Below are positions 17,803 through 26,923 of a DNA stretch of 43,876 nt, one piece after another (the first letter of the stretch is position 1; each line of letters begins with the position of its first letter). Origin of the DNA: Burkholderiales bacterium (GTDB lineage Bacteria > Pseudomonadota > Gammaproteobacteria > Burkholderiales > SG8-41). The DNA lies in contig JBKJZR010000168.1 of the NCBI GenBank assembly GCA_046715035.1, positions 1-43,876 of the forward strand, in the 5' to 3' direction. Made by a program: the position numbers and the translations under genes. Under the pieces are notes generated by a model. It was not told the DNA's origin and did no database searches. It worked only from the letters and a program-made list of their open reading frames with translations.

Positions 17803-20187
17803 ATGAGCGAACAGATACCCGCCAAGCTCGGTAAATACGAAATCCTGCGCGAGCTGGGCCGTGGCGCGATGGGTGTCGTCTATGAGGCCTTCGATCCGGC
17901 GATCGAGCGCACTGTCGCGCTGAAGACGATCCGCCGCGATCAGCTCGACGGCGCCGAGGCCGAAGAGCTGCTCGTGCGCTTCCAGCGCGAAGCCAAAGCC
18001 GCAGGCCGTCTCAATCATCCGAATATCGTTTCGATCTACGATTTCGGCGACGACCACGGCGTTTCGTTCATCGCCATGGAGTTCGTGCGCGGGCGCGAGC
18101 TCAAGAGCTATTTCGAGAAGAGCGAGCGTTTCCCGCTGCCGGAGATCGTGCGCATCATGGCCCAGCTGCTCGATGCCCTCGATTACTCTCACAACTACGG
18201 CGTCGTGCACCGCGACGTGAAGCCGGCGAACATCATCATTCTCGCGAACGGCCAGATCAAAGTCGCCGACTTCGGCATCGCCCGCATCGAATCGTCGCAG
18301 TACACGCAGGCCGGCACGGTGCTGGGCACCCCCGCCTACATGTCGCCGGAACAGTTCATGGGTCAAACCGTGGACCGGCGCACGGATGTTTTCTCTGCCG
18401 GTGTCGTCCTCTACCAGTTTCTGACAGGAGAACGTCCCTTCTCGGGCGCAGCGACGACGATCATGCACAAGGTATTGAGCGTCGATCCACCGCCGCCATC
18501 GCTGCTGAACGTGCAGGCACCGAGGCCTTTCGATGCGGTCATCGGCAAGGCGATGGCCAAGCGGCCCGAAGACCGGTTTCAGTCCGCGCGCGAATTTGCC
18601 GAGGCGATCAAGCTCGCCGCGGAGGGGAAGTCCGCTCCCGGCCTCGCCGTCCCGCCCGCGGCGGGGTCCGACCAGACGGTGCTCAATACCGATGCGGGGG
18701 CAACGGCCAAGGTGGCCGCAATCGTGCCTTCGGTACCGCCGGCTGCGCCGCTGCCAGCTGCGCCGGCAGCGCCGGTCGCCCAGCGCAAATCGCCGGTGCT
18801 GGCGGTGACTGCGGTGGCGGCAGTCGTCATCGGCGTCGGCATCGCGAGCTATTTCGTCATGCCCCGCACGCCGGAGGTCGCTCCCGCCGCCGCGACGTCC
18901 GCGCCACCCTCTGCTCTGTTGGCAGCGGCGCCGGCGCCAGTTGTAGCGCAGGCCGCCCCCGCTTCACCAGTGGCAGTGGCAGCGGTCAACAGCGAACCCG
19001 GAACGATGATCATCAGCGCGGTCGGGCTCGCGGACCCGCACGACCAGAAGTACCAAACCGACAAATCGCTGCTTGCAGCCGACGTGCGGGCCGATTCCAA
19101 GAGCCAGCTCGTCGAGAAAGCGATCGCGCTCTATCTCGACCGGGCATCGCTTGCCAAGAACTACGATGTGCTGCGCGACCGTCTGCTTTCCAAGAGCGGC
19201 AACTATATCGCCAGCATCGTGCAGGAAGGCGAGCCGCGCCTCGGCAAGGACGGGCTCATGTACGTGACGACACAGGCGGCAGTCAAAGTGCGTGAAGTGC
19301 AGAAATCGCTCAATCAAATGTCGCGCGATGAGCGCATCGAGTTTATCCGCAACAATGGCGATCCCAGAATTTCGGTAGGCATCAACGTGCGCGGGGAGCG
19401 CGGCGACGCGCCCGCGCAAAATTCGCAGGTCGCCGAGAACCTCCTGAAAGAGCGTATCAAGTCGTTCGGATTCCGCACCTGGTCGGACGACGCAAAGGCG
19501 CCGCCGTCATCGCCCGCCGATTTTTCAGTGGTTGGCGAAGCGCGGCTGAAAAAACTTTCGGCGCGGCTCGAGGCTTCCGGCATCACGATCGACAAGTACC
19601 TGTTGACTTCATGGACCGTCAAATGCATCGACAGGCAGACGGGCGAAGAGATCTACTACAACAACAAGCTGCCGGTGGGCGCGGGGTCGTGGGCCACCGA
19701 GGAACAGGCGCTGGCTGCGATCGGCGGCAAGATTGCCGACGAATTCTCGCGTGATTTTTTCGTACGTCATTTCAACGCCAGCGGTCGCCGCGTTACCCTC
19801 AAGGTCGATGGCCTGCCAGACAGGAGCACCGAAGACGCGATCGTGCGCGAGTTGATTGGGCTGCAGCCTGTCATCGCTGCCGCTCGGCGGGCGGGCGCGG
19901 CAGCGATTTATGATTTGCAGTTGTCCGGGGGAACGGGGCCGGTGACCGACCTCGTCGCCGCGACCATCCTCAAGCCGCTCAACGCCAAAATCGGTCAGAC
20001 CTGCTTCAATCTGGGGGCGACGAGCGGTGACCAGATCAATGTGGCTTTCGATCCGGCATGCAGCGATAAGGCCGTGCTCGCGCGGCTCGATACCAATCCG
20101 CCTGCATCGCTGTATGCGGCACCTCCCGCGCGGCAGAAAGCCGTGCTCAAGGATCCCGCTGCGATCAAGAAGCTGACGACGATCTAA
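17803..20187 (+). CDS. Membrane-anchored Hanks-type Ser/Thr kinase with large periplasmic C-terminal region
   Basis: LGRGAMGVVY, VALK, HRDVKPAN, DFG, GTPAYMSPE, DVFSAG; Ala/Pro linkers; TM VLAVTAVAAVVIGVGIASYFVM; ~400-aa C-terminal region. Confidence 0.95.
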   Translation: MSEQIPAKLGKYEILRELGRGAMGVVYEAFDPAIERTVALKTIRRDQLDGAEAEELLVRFQREAKAAGRLNHPNIVSIYDFGDDHGVSFIAMEFVRGRELKSYFEKSERFPLPEIVRIMAQLLDALDYSHNYGVVHRDVKPANIIILANGQIKVADFGIARIESSQYTQAGTVLGTPAYMSPEQFMGQTVDRRTDVFSAGVVLYQFLTGERPFSGAATTIMHKVLSVDPPPPSLLNVQAPRPFDAVIGKAMAKRPEDRFQSAREFAEAIKLAAEGKSAPGLAVPPAAGSDQTVLNTDAGATAKVAAIVPSVPPAAPLPAAPAAPVAQRKSPVLAVTAVAAVVIGVGIASYFVMPRTPEVAPAAATSAPPSALLAAAPAPVVAQAAPASPVAVAAVNSEPGTMIISAVGLADPHDQKYQTDKSLLAADVRADSKSQLVEKAIALYLDRASLAKNYDVLRDRLLSKSGNYIASIVQEGEPRLGKDGLMYVTTQAAVKVREVQKSLNQMSRDERIEFIRNNGDPRISVGINVRGERGDAPAQNSQVAENLLKERIKSFGFRTWSDDAKAPPSSPADFSVVGEARLKKLSARLEASGITIDKYLLTSWTVKCIDRQTGEEIYYNNKLPVGAGSWATEEQALAAIGGKIADEFSRDFFVRHFNASGRRVTLKVDGLPDRSTEDAIVRELIGLQPVIAAARRAGAAAIYDLQLSGGTGPVTDLVAATILKPLNAKIGQTCFNLGATSGDQINVAFDPACSDKAVLARLDTNPPASLYAAPPARQKAVLKDPAAIKKLTTI

Positions 20188-20331
20188 AGCTAAAGCGCGG
20201 GCGGCGCGCCCGGTCCTGGCAGCGTTTCATAGGCGCACCAAAGCGGGGCGGCTTGGCAGTGGTTGTTCCTGCCTTAGGACAACGTGGACACCCTGATTGT
20301 TTCCGGCGCCGGGAGCGCCCTGGGTTGCGCG

Positions 20332-21222
20332 TCAGTTCGAGACGAAGGTGACGATCTCCGCATCTGCCGCGCCCGACGTGTGGCCTAGGCTGATCACGCC
20401 GCGGCCGCGCAGCATGAACTGCTCTCGCTTGAGCAGCATCTCCGGGTCGCCGCCGACTTTCACGTACGTGCCGTTGGTGCTTTGATCGACGAGCAGAAAC
20501 TTGCCGCGCCGATACTCGATCTTGCAATGCACGCGCGACGCCATCTTGTCCGCAACGACCAGATCATTGCCCGCGTCGCGGCCGAGGGATGCCGACGGCT
20601 GGTCGGCGCCGAGCTCGAGTGTGATTCCCCCGTACGACAACGCGAGCGTCGCTTCATGGGCTGCAGGCGCTTCGTTGCGGATCGCCATCGTGGTGAGATC
20701 ATCGCTATCCTGCCAAAGCACCTCGAAAACGCGGATCTGGTCCTGCTTGCCTTTCACCGACATCGCGTCCAGGTCGCGGGTGGCAGAGCGCAGCAACGGC
20801 GACATGGCCTCGACCGTCGCCTCGGTGGTGATGATTTGTCCACCCTTGGCAAGACCCGCCATGCGCGCCGCGGTGTTGACGGCGTCGCCGAAAAAGTCGC
20901 CGCCCTCTTCGATTGCCGGGCCGAAATGAAAGCCCGCACGGATCGCCAGGCGCGCGCTCTCGATGGGCGGAATGGCTGCGACCCGGTTCTGCATGTCGCA
21001 AGCCGCCTGCATTGCGGCGTCCGCGGTTGGCAGCACGGCCATGATCTCGTCGCCGATGGTTTTTATCACACGGCCGCGCTGCACCGCGACCGACTTGCGC
21101 AGCTCGGCGAGCACCGAGTCGATCGCCGCGAGCGCGCGCTGATCGCCGAGCTTTTCGTACAGCGTCGTGCTGCCGCTGACGTCGGCGAAGAGAATGGCGC
21201 ATTGCGGGGCGGCGGAGGTCAC
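20332..21222 (-). CDS. Class III adenylate cyclase with C-terminal FHA domain
   Basis: FADVSGST, KTIGDEIM, DFFGDAVNTAARM; FHA LGR...SRVH...STNGT. Start GTG 21222 or TTG 21231 uncertain. Confidence 0.92.
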   Translation of the reverse strand: MTSAAPQCAILFADVSGSTTLYEKLGDQRALAAIDSVLAELRKSVAVQRGRVIKTIGDEIMAVLPTADAAMQAACDMQNRVAAIPPIESARLAIRAGFHFGPAIEEGGDFFGDAVNTAARMAGLAKGGQIITTEATVEAMSPLLRSATRDLDAMSVKGKQDQIRVFEVLWQDSDDLTTMAIRNEAPAAHEATLALSYGGITLELGADQPSASLGRDAGNDLVVADKMASRVHCKIEYRRGKFLLVDQSTNGTYVKVGGDPEMLLKREQFMLRGRGVISLGHTSGAADAEIVTFVSN

Positions 21223-21266
21223 TGCGCGCAATTATAGCTCGGTGCCCCCTTGGACCGGCGAAGCGT

Positions 21267-21446
21267 CTCCTTAGGCAAAACCGCCTCGAAAAAAATGCGC
21301 AAGTATTGTCAAAAAAGCCATCGAAATGTCGTTGCTGCGTACTCACCGAGGTGAAACGGCTGTGGAATCAGACATTCTTCAGAAAAAATGGGGCGGTTTT
21401 CCTTTAGCAGCCTGTCGGACCCTCTAAGTCCGACAGGCTGCTAGGC
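21267..21446. repeat. Composite MITE-like repeat, copy 1
   Basis: About 92% identical (hand count: 14 substitutions, 1 indel) to 24793-24973; TIR-bounded unit plus hairpin TAGCAGCCTGTCGGAC-N7-GTCCGACAGGCTGCTA (21405-21443). Confidence 0.9.
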
Positions 21447-22964
21447 AGGCTGTGCGATTCTTTTCTTCTTCGCCTGCGCGGCGCGCGCGTGGAGCGAGGC
21501 GTATGCGCCATGGGCGGCTGCTTCGGCGTCGCCGACGTGGATGGGCAGGCCCATGTCGGCGAGCACCGACCCGAGTGCGGACAGGCACAGCATGACGTTT
21601 TCCGGCTTGCACGAGTATCCCATCAGGCCGATGCGCCAGATCTTGCCGGCCAGCGGTCCCAGGCCGGCGCCGATCTCGAGATTGAACTCGGTGAGCAGTG
21701 TCTTGCGCACATCGGCTTCGCGCTCGCGCACCGCTTCGGGCACATGTATCGCGTTCATCTGTGGCAGCCCGGCGCCCTCGCGCACCAGAAACTTGAGGCC
21801 CATCGCCTCCAGGCCGGCCTTCAGCGCGAGGTGGTGGCGCATGTGCCGCGCCCACGAGTTCTCGATGCCTTCTTCTTTGAGGATCACCAGCGCCTCGTGC
21901 AACGCGTAAAGGCTGTTGGTCGGCGCGGTGTGGTGATACGTGCGCGTCGTCGCGCCCCAGTAGCCCAGCAGCAGATTCATGTCCATGAACCAGCTGTGGA
22001 TCTTGTCCTTGCGGGCCTTGACCTGATCGACCACGCGCTCGGTGAACGACACCGGCGAGAGCCCCGGCGTGCACGACAGGCACTTCTGGCTCGCCGAGTA
22101 GACCGCGTCGAATTTCCATTCGTCTGTCAGCACGGGTGTGCCCGCGAGCGAGGTGACGGCGTCGACGATGGTCAGCGCCTCGTGCCGGTGCGCGATCTCG
22201 ACCAGGGTCTTCGCGTCGGACTGCACGCCCGTGGACGTTTCGGCGTGGACGAATGCGACTAACCTGGCGTCGCGGTTGTTGGCGAGCGCGTCCTCGAGCT
22301 TCTGTGGATCGACGGGCTCGCCCCAGGCGTCCTCGACGACGATCGGCACGCCGCCGCAGCGCTCGACGTTTTCGATCATGCGGCCGCCGAATACGCCGTT
22401 GCGGCAGACGATGACCTTGTCGCCCGGGGTGACCAGATTCACGAAGCAGTATTCCATGCCCACCGATCCCGGCCCCGAGATCGGAAAAGTCAGCGGATTG
22501 CGGGTCTGGTAGACATAGCGCAGCAAACCCTTGAGCTCTTCCATCATCTCGACGAAGACCGGATCGAGATAGCCGATGGCGGGCAGGCTCATCGCCGCCA
22601 TTACCCGTGGGTTTATCTCCGACGGCCCTGGCCCGAGCAGGGTGCGCTGCGGCGGATGGAAGGACGTGACGCGTTTTGCTGGCGCAAACTCATTCATGGT
22701 TTCAATTCCTGTGGTGGACGACCCGAACAGGCTCTCGCCGTCGGGCCGGGATTTCATTCGCAGCGGCTTGCGGGCGGTAGCCTCGGTCAGCACGTCTGCC
22801 GCGGCGACCTGGCCGCGCGTGGCGTTCTCGATCTCCATCGCCCAGCGCGCGGGCACGTAGCCGGCCTTGACCCAGTTGTTGACGACGGCGCGGTCGAGCC
22901 GCAGTTGACGCGCGACTTCGGCCTGGGTGCCGAAATAGGCGACGAGCCGTTCAACGCAATTCAT
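21441..22964 (-). CDS. Class V PLP aminotransferase (alanine-glyoxylate/serine-pyruvate type) with N-terminal Cro/YdaS-like HTH
   Basis: LLGPGPS, HAETSTG, VDAVTS, SASQKCL (PLP Lys), WRIGLMG; N-terminal FGTQAEVARQLRLDRAVVNNW; alternative internal start ATG 22697. Confidence 0.9.
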   Translation of the reverse strand: MNCVERLVAYFGTQAEVARQLRLDRAVVNNWVKAGYVPARWAMEIENATRGQVAAADVLTEATARKPLRMKSRPDGESLFGSSTTGIETMNEFAPAKRVTSFHPPQRTLLGPGPSEINPRVMAAMSLPAIGYLDPVFVEMMEELKGLLRYVYQTRNPLTFPISGPGSVGMEYCFVNLVTPGDKVIVCRNGVFGGRMIENVERCGGVPIVVEDAWGEPVDPQKLEDALANNRDARLVAFVHAETSTGVQSDAKTLVEIAHRHEALTIVDAVTSLAGTPVLTDEWKFDAVYSASQKCLSCTPGLSPVSFTERVVDQVKARKDKIHSWFMDMNLLLGYWGATTRTYHHTAPTNSLYALHEALVILKEEGIENSWARHMRHHLALKAGLEAMGLKFLVREGAGLPQMNAIHVPEAVREREADVRKTLLTEFNLEIGAGLGPLAGKIWRIGLMGYSCKPENVMLCLSALGSVLADMGLPIHVGDAEAAAHGAYASLHARAAQAKKKRIAQPA

Positions 22965-22972
22965 AGGATGAG

Positions 22973-23001
22973 AACGTAGCATGACAATATAATTTTGACA
23001 A
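22973..23001 (-). promoter_or_regulatory. sigma70-type promoter of the HTH-aminotransferase gene
   Basis: TTGTCA N17 TACGTT, 8 nt before ATG 22964; a second TTGTCA lies in the spacer. Confidence 0.6.
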
Positions 23002-23105
23002 CCTTTACGCAGCGACTGGATAGACAATTCGGTCTGATAGCACAACGACGCTGGATTGATGCGGTTGTATCTGTGAGTGTGAGCTCACATCATGCGGGCG
23101 GTACG

Positions 23106-23987
23106 TTACACGAGCGACACTGTTTCGTCCTCGGCGAATGCCGTAACGGCGGGAAGTTCGTCCGCATCGAAGGCCCGATCGCCTTCCGCAATCGCCACCC
23201 CCGAGGCCGCCACGGCAGCAAAATCGTGCAGCTTGCGGTCCATGAGGTGCGTAGCGCGCACGTCGGAGAGCGCGCGGAAGATGCTCTGCACCCGGCCCGG
23301 AAATTTCTGCTCCCACTCGCGCAGCAGCGCCTTGATCTGCTTGCGCTGCAGCGTCGGCTGCGAGCCGCACAGGTCGCAGGGAATGATCGGGAACTGCCGC
23401 AGTTCGGCATAGTCCGCCAGGTCGCGCTCCTCGACGTAAGCCAGCGGCCGGATGACGACGTGGGCGCCGTCGTCGGAGGCGAGCTTGGGCGGCATCGCTT
23501 TGAGCTTGCCGCCGAAAAACAGGTTGAGGAAAAACGTTTCGAGGATGTCGTCGCGGTGGTGGCCGAGCGCAATCCGGGTCGCGCCGATCTCCTTGGCGAC
23601 CCGGTACAGCACGCCGCGGCGCAGCCTCGAGCACAGCGAGCACATCGTCTTGCCTTCGGCAATGACGCGCTTGACGACCGAATACGTGTCCTGCACCACG
23701 ATGTGATAAGGCACGCCGAGCGCGGCGAGATAGGCCGGCAGCACGTGCTCGGGATAGCCGGGATGGCGCTGATCGAGATTGACCGCGACGATCTCGAAAT
23801 CGATCGGCGCGTGGGTGCGCAGGCTCAGCAGCACGTCGAGCAGCGCGTAACTGTCCTTGCCGCCCGACAGGCACACCATGACGCGATCGCCCGCGCCGAT
23901 CATTGCATAATCGCCGATCGCTGCGCCTGCCAGCCTGCGCAGACGTTTCTGCAGCTTGTTGCCTTCGTAAACCTGCTTTTGCGTCAT
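23106..23987 (-). CDS. ttcA: tRNA 2-thiocytidine(32) synthetase
   Basis: SGGKDS PP-loop, [26 protein letters not shown]. Confidence 0.97.
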   Translation of the reverse strand: MTQKQVYEGNKLQKRLRRLAGAAIGDYAMIGAGDRVMVCLSGGKDSYALLDVLLSLRTHAPIDFEIVAVNLDQRHPGYPEHVLPAYLAALGVPYHIVVQDTYSVVKRVIAEGKTMCSLCSRLRRGVLYRVAKEIGATRIALGHHRDDILETFFLNLFFGGKLKAMPPKLASDDGAHVVIRPLAYVEERDLADYAELRQFPIIPCDLCGSQPTLQRKQIKALLREWEQKFPGRVQSIFRALSDVRATHLMDRKLHDFAAVAASGVAIAEGDRAFDADELPAVTAFAEDETVSLV

Positions 23988-24024
23988 CGTGGCGTTCGCA
24001 CTTTCAGTTCCGGTGCCGCCTGGG

Positions 24025-24983
24025 TCATATCGTCACGCTGCGGCCGCCATCCACGGCGATCACCTGCCCGGTTACGTAGGGAGCCGAGCTCACCAGAAAC
24101 TCGACCGCTTTCGCAATGTCGTCAGGCTCGCCGATGCGCTGCAAAGCCGTCTGGCCGATGATACGCTCGCGCGCCGCCTCATCTGCCCAGGTGCCGTCTG
24201 CCGGCCAGAGGATCGTTCCCGGCGCCACACCATTGACCCGGACTTCAGGCCCCAGCTCGCGGGCAAGCGAGCGGGTCAGCGCCAGCAGACCGCCTTTCGC
24301 CACCGAGTATACGAGATAGTTTCGCATCGGCAGCTCGGCATGAATATCCACGATGTTGACGATGCATCCGCTGCGCCTGCGCAGTTCCGGGGCCGCCTCC
24401 TGCGCCAGAAACAGCGGCGCCTTGAGGTTGGTGCCGATCAGATCATGCCATCCCGTTTCCGTGATCTCTCCCAGTGGCGTCGCAAAAAAACTCGACGCGT
24501 TGTTGACCAGCACGTCGAGCGCGCCAAAACGCGCGACCGTGTTCGTGACCAGGCCCGGGAGGCTCGCGGCGTCGAGCAGATCAGCCTGAACGAGCGCGAC
24601 CGAGTCCGCGCGCAAGCGATTGAGCTCGTCGCGCAGTGCGTTCGCCTCGACCACCGAGGCGCGATAATGCAGCATCACGCGCGCGCCGCGTGCATGCAGC
24701 CGCCGGCAAATCGCCGCGCCGAGTCGTTTGGCGCCGCCGGTTATCAGCACGACCTTATCCGCCAGGAGCTTGTCGGACTCGAGTCCGACAAGCTCCTTAG
24801 GCAAAACCGCCCCGGAAAAAATGCGCAAGTGTCGTCAAAAAAGCCATCGCAATGTCGTTGCTGCGTGCTGCCCCAGGTGAAACGGCGGTGGAATCAGACA
24901 TTATTCAGAAAAAATGGGGCGGTTTTGCTTTTAGCAGCCTGTCGGACCCTCTAAGTCCGACGGACTGCTAGGCTTGCCGTCAT
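24025..24983 (-). CDS. Pteridine reductase (FolM/PTR1-like SDR), 5' end interrupted by a 206-bp repeat insertion
   Basis: [29 protein letters not shown]. Intact body 24025-24765; probable original ATG at 24983 is now out of frame; possible in-frame restart at TTG 24804 or 24828. Confidence 0.8.
24764..24797. repeat. Perfect 34-bp palindrome
   Basis: AGGAGCTTGTCGGACTCGAGTCCGACAAGCTCCT; shares the TGTCGGAC/GTCCGACA core with the hairpin in the composite repeat. Confidence 0.9.
24793..24973. mobile_element. Composite MITE-like repeat, copy 2 (non-autonomous)
   Basis: 13-bp perfect TIR GCAAAACCGCCCC (24801-24813)/GGGGCGGTTTTGC (24916-24928), then hairpin 24935-24967; units separated by YTAG-like sites; no transposase in window. 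Confidence 0.75.
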
Positions 24984-25024
24984 ACTCGCATCATCCACCG
25001 ATACGGGATTTTAGCGCACGCGTG

Positions 25025-26203
25025 ATGAGCCATCCTTTGCCCGCTGACGTTGCGGGCCTGCCAGCACCCGGCGCGGAAGCGCTGGCGCATAGCAGCCGTC
25101 TCATTGCGCTCATCGCCGCCGAAATCGCCGCAGCGGGCGGCATGATCAGCTTTGCGCGTTTCATGGAGCTCGCACTCTACGCACCGGGCCTCGGCTATTA
25201 CAGCGCCGGCGCCCGCAAATTCGGGCGCGGCGGCGATTTCGTTACTGCGCCTGAGCTCGGCCACTTGTTTGCGCGCGCGATCGCGCGCCAGGTCGCACAG
25301 TGTGTGGAAGCCGGATTGCGCGATATTCTCGAGATCGGCGCCGGCACCGGACGGTTCGCGCGCAACCTGCTCGCGGAACTTGCGGCCCGTGACCGGCTCC
25401 CGCGCCGTTATTTGATACTCGAGACCAGCGCCGGGCTGAAATCACGTCAGCGCGAGCTGCTGCACCATGAACTCGAGCGAGGCGCGGTGGACATCGCCTG
25501 GATCGACGCGCTGCCGTCCGCCTTTGATGGGCTGATCCTGGCCAACGAGGTCCTCGACGCGATGCCTGTGCACCGCGTGGCGACCCGCGACGGCATGCTG
25601 CTGGAACACTGCGTGGCGCTTGGGGAGAGCGGGGCCCTGCAGTGGAGCGAGCGCCCCGCCGCCGAGCCGTTGCGCGTCGCGGCCGCGCCGCTGAAGCTTC
25701 CTCCACACGACTATGTCACCGAGCTTCCGCTGGCCGCGCAGGCCTACACCCGCACACTGGCATCCCGGCTACGCCGCGGCGTGGCGCTGTTCGTCGATTA
25801 CGGATTTGCGGCGCACGAGTACTATCACCCGCAGCGCGCGATGGGCACGCTGATGTGCCATTACCGCCACCGCGCGCACGATGACCCCCTGGCCCTGGTC
25901 GGGCTGCAGGATATCACCGCCCACGTCGATTTCAGCGCGATTGCGCGCGCTGGAAGTGAAACGGGACTGAACGTCCTGGGATATGCGAGCCAGGCCCGGT
26001 TTCTCGTCAATTGCGGCATCACCGAAATTCTGAGCGCCGCGGACCCCGCCGACCCGGCCGCTTACCTGCCGCTCGCTGCAGAGGCGCAAACACTGCTGAG
26101 CCCAGCCGAAATGGGTGAGTTGTTCAAGGTCATCGCGTTGGGAAAACACGCCGATATCGCCATGCTGGGATTCAGGCGCGGCGATAAGCGGCATACCTTG
26201 TAG
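25025..26203 (+). CDS. SAM-dependent methyltransferase, MidA/NDUFAF7 family
   Basis: FMELALY.PGLGYY, GDFVTAPE, EIGAGTG, ANEVLDAMP, DYG, QDITAHVDF, EMGELFKV. Confidence 0.93.
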   Translation: MSHPLPADVAGLPAPGAEALAHSSRLIALIAAEIAAAGGMISFARFMELALYAPGLGYYSAGARKFGRGGDFVTAPELGHLFARAIARQVAQCVEAGLRDILEIGAGTGRFARNLLAELAARDRLPRRYLILETSAGLKSRQRELLHHELERGAVDIAWIDALPSAFDGLILANEVLDAMPVHRVATRDGMLLEHCVALGESGALQWSERPAAEPLRVAAAPLKLPPHDYVTELPLAAQAYTRTLASRLRRGVALFVDYGFAAHEYYHPQRAMGTLMCHYRHRAHDDPLALVGLQDITAHVDFSAIARAGSETGLNVLGYASQARFLVNCGITEILSAADPADPAAYLPLAAEAQTLLSPAEMGELFKVIALGKHADIAMLGFRRGDKRHTL

Positions 26204-26245
26204 CGGCTGATTGACCGGGCGGTCCGGACCCCCTTAAGGTAGCGC

Positions 26246-26923
26246 ATGAACCGTGCGATCCCATTTCTGATTGCAGCTGTGGCGTTCATCGGCGCCCTCG
26301 GCACTGCGCTCGCCCAGCCCGCGTGGAATGGGGGCGCGACGCGCAGCGCGCAACGTTGGGAGCAAAGCCGCCACGGCGGCATGCTGGAACGCATCCTGCC
26401 GCCGACGGTAGAGCCGAGGCTCCTGCCCGAGCCGGATTCAAGCGGCGCCCGGCTGACCGTCGCCTACTGCGTGCAATGCCACCATCTGCCCAACCCGTCG
26501 ATGCACAACGCCGCGAAGTGGCAGCCGGTCGTGGAACGCATGGTGTGGCGCATGCAGGGCAAAGGCAACCTCGGCACGCTGATGAAGGAATTGATGGGCG
26601 ACGTAAAGGCGCCGTCTCCCGACGAGCAGGGCATCCTGGTCAGCTACCTCCAAAAGCACGCGCAGCAGGAGATCGATGCGGCGAAGTATCCCGAGCTCAA
26701 GTCTTCCCCGGGACAAATGTTCAGCATCGCGTGCTCGCAATGCCACGTGCTTCCAGACCCGCAGCGCCACACCGCGCGCGAATGGCCCGGCGTGGTGGAG
26801 CGTATGCAGCGCAACATGGCATGGGCGAACCGGGTGATTGGCGACCCGGCGCTGCGCACGCTGCCGGAGCTCGACACCGCACAGATCGTGCGCTTTCTGC
26901 AGCGGCACGGCCGGCTCCGCTGA
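26246..26923 (+). CDS. Secreted diheme c-type cytochrome
   Basis: Signal peptide; CVQCH and CSQCH in two internally duplicated units (CxxCH.LP.P..H....W..VVERM). Confidence 0.85.
   Translation: MNRAIPFLIAAVAFIGALGTALAQPAWNGGATRSAQRWEQSRHGGMLERILPPTVEPRLLPEPDSSGARLTVAYCVQCHHLPNPSMHNAAKWQPVVERMVWRMQGKGNLGTLMKELMGDVKAPSPDEQGILVSYLQKHAQQEIDAAKYPELKSSPGQMFSIACSQCHVLPDPQRHTAREWPGVVERMQRNMAWANRVIGDPALRTLPELDTAQIVRFLQRHGRLR

Noticed and set aside
20188-20331. Short hairpins between kinase and cyclase genes
   Set aside because: No U-tract or recognisable motif; compatible with chance in GC-rich DNA.
22698-22964. Prophage suggested by the Cro-like domain
   Set aside because: No integrase, divergent CI or structural phage genes; flanks are housekeeping.
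21267-24973. CRISPR array or autonomous IS interpretation of the repeats
   Set aside because: Only two long copies, no repeat-spacer periodicity, no cas or transposase gene.
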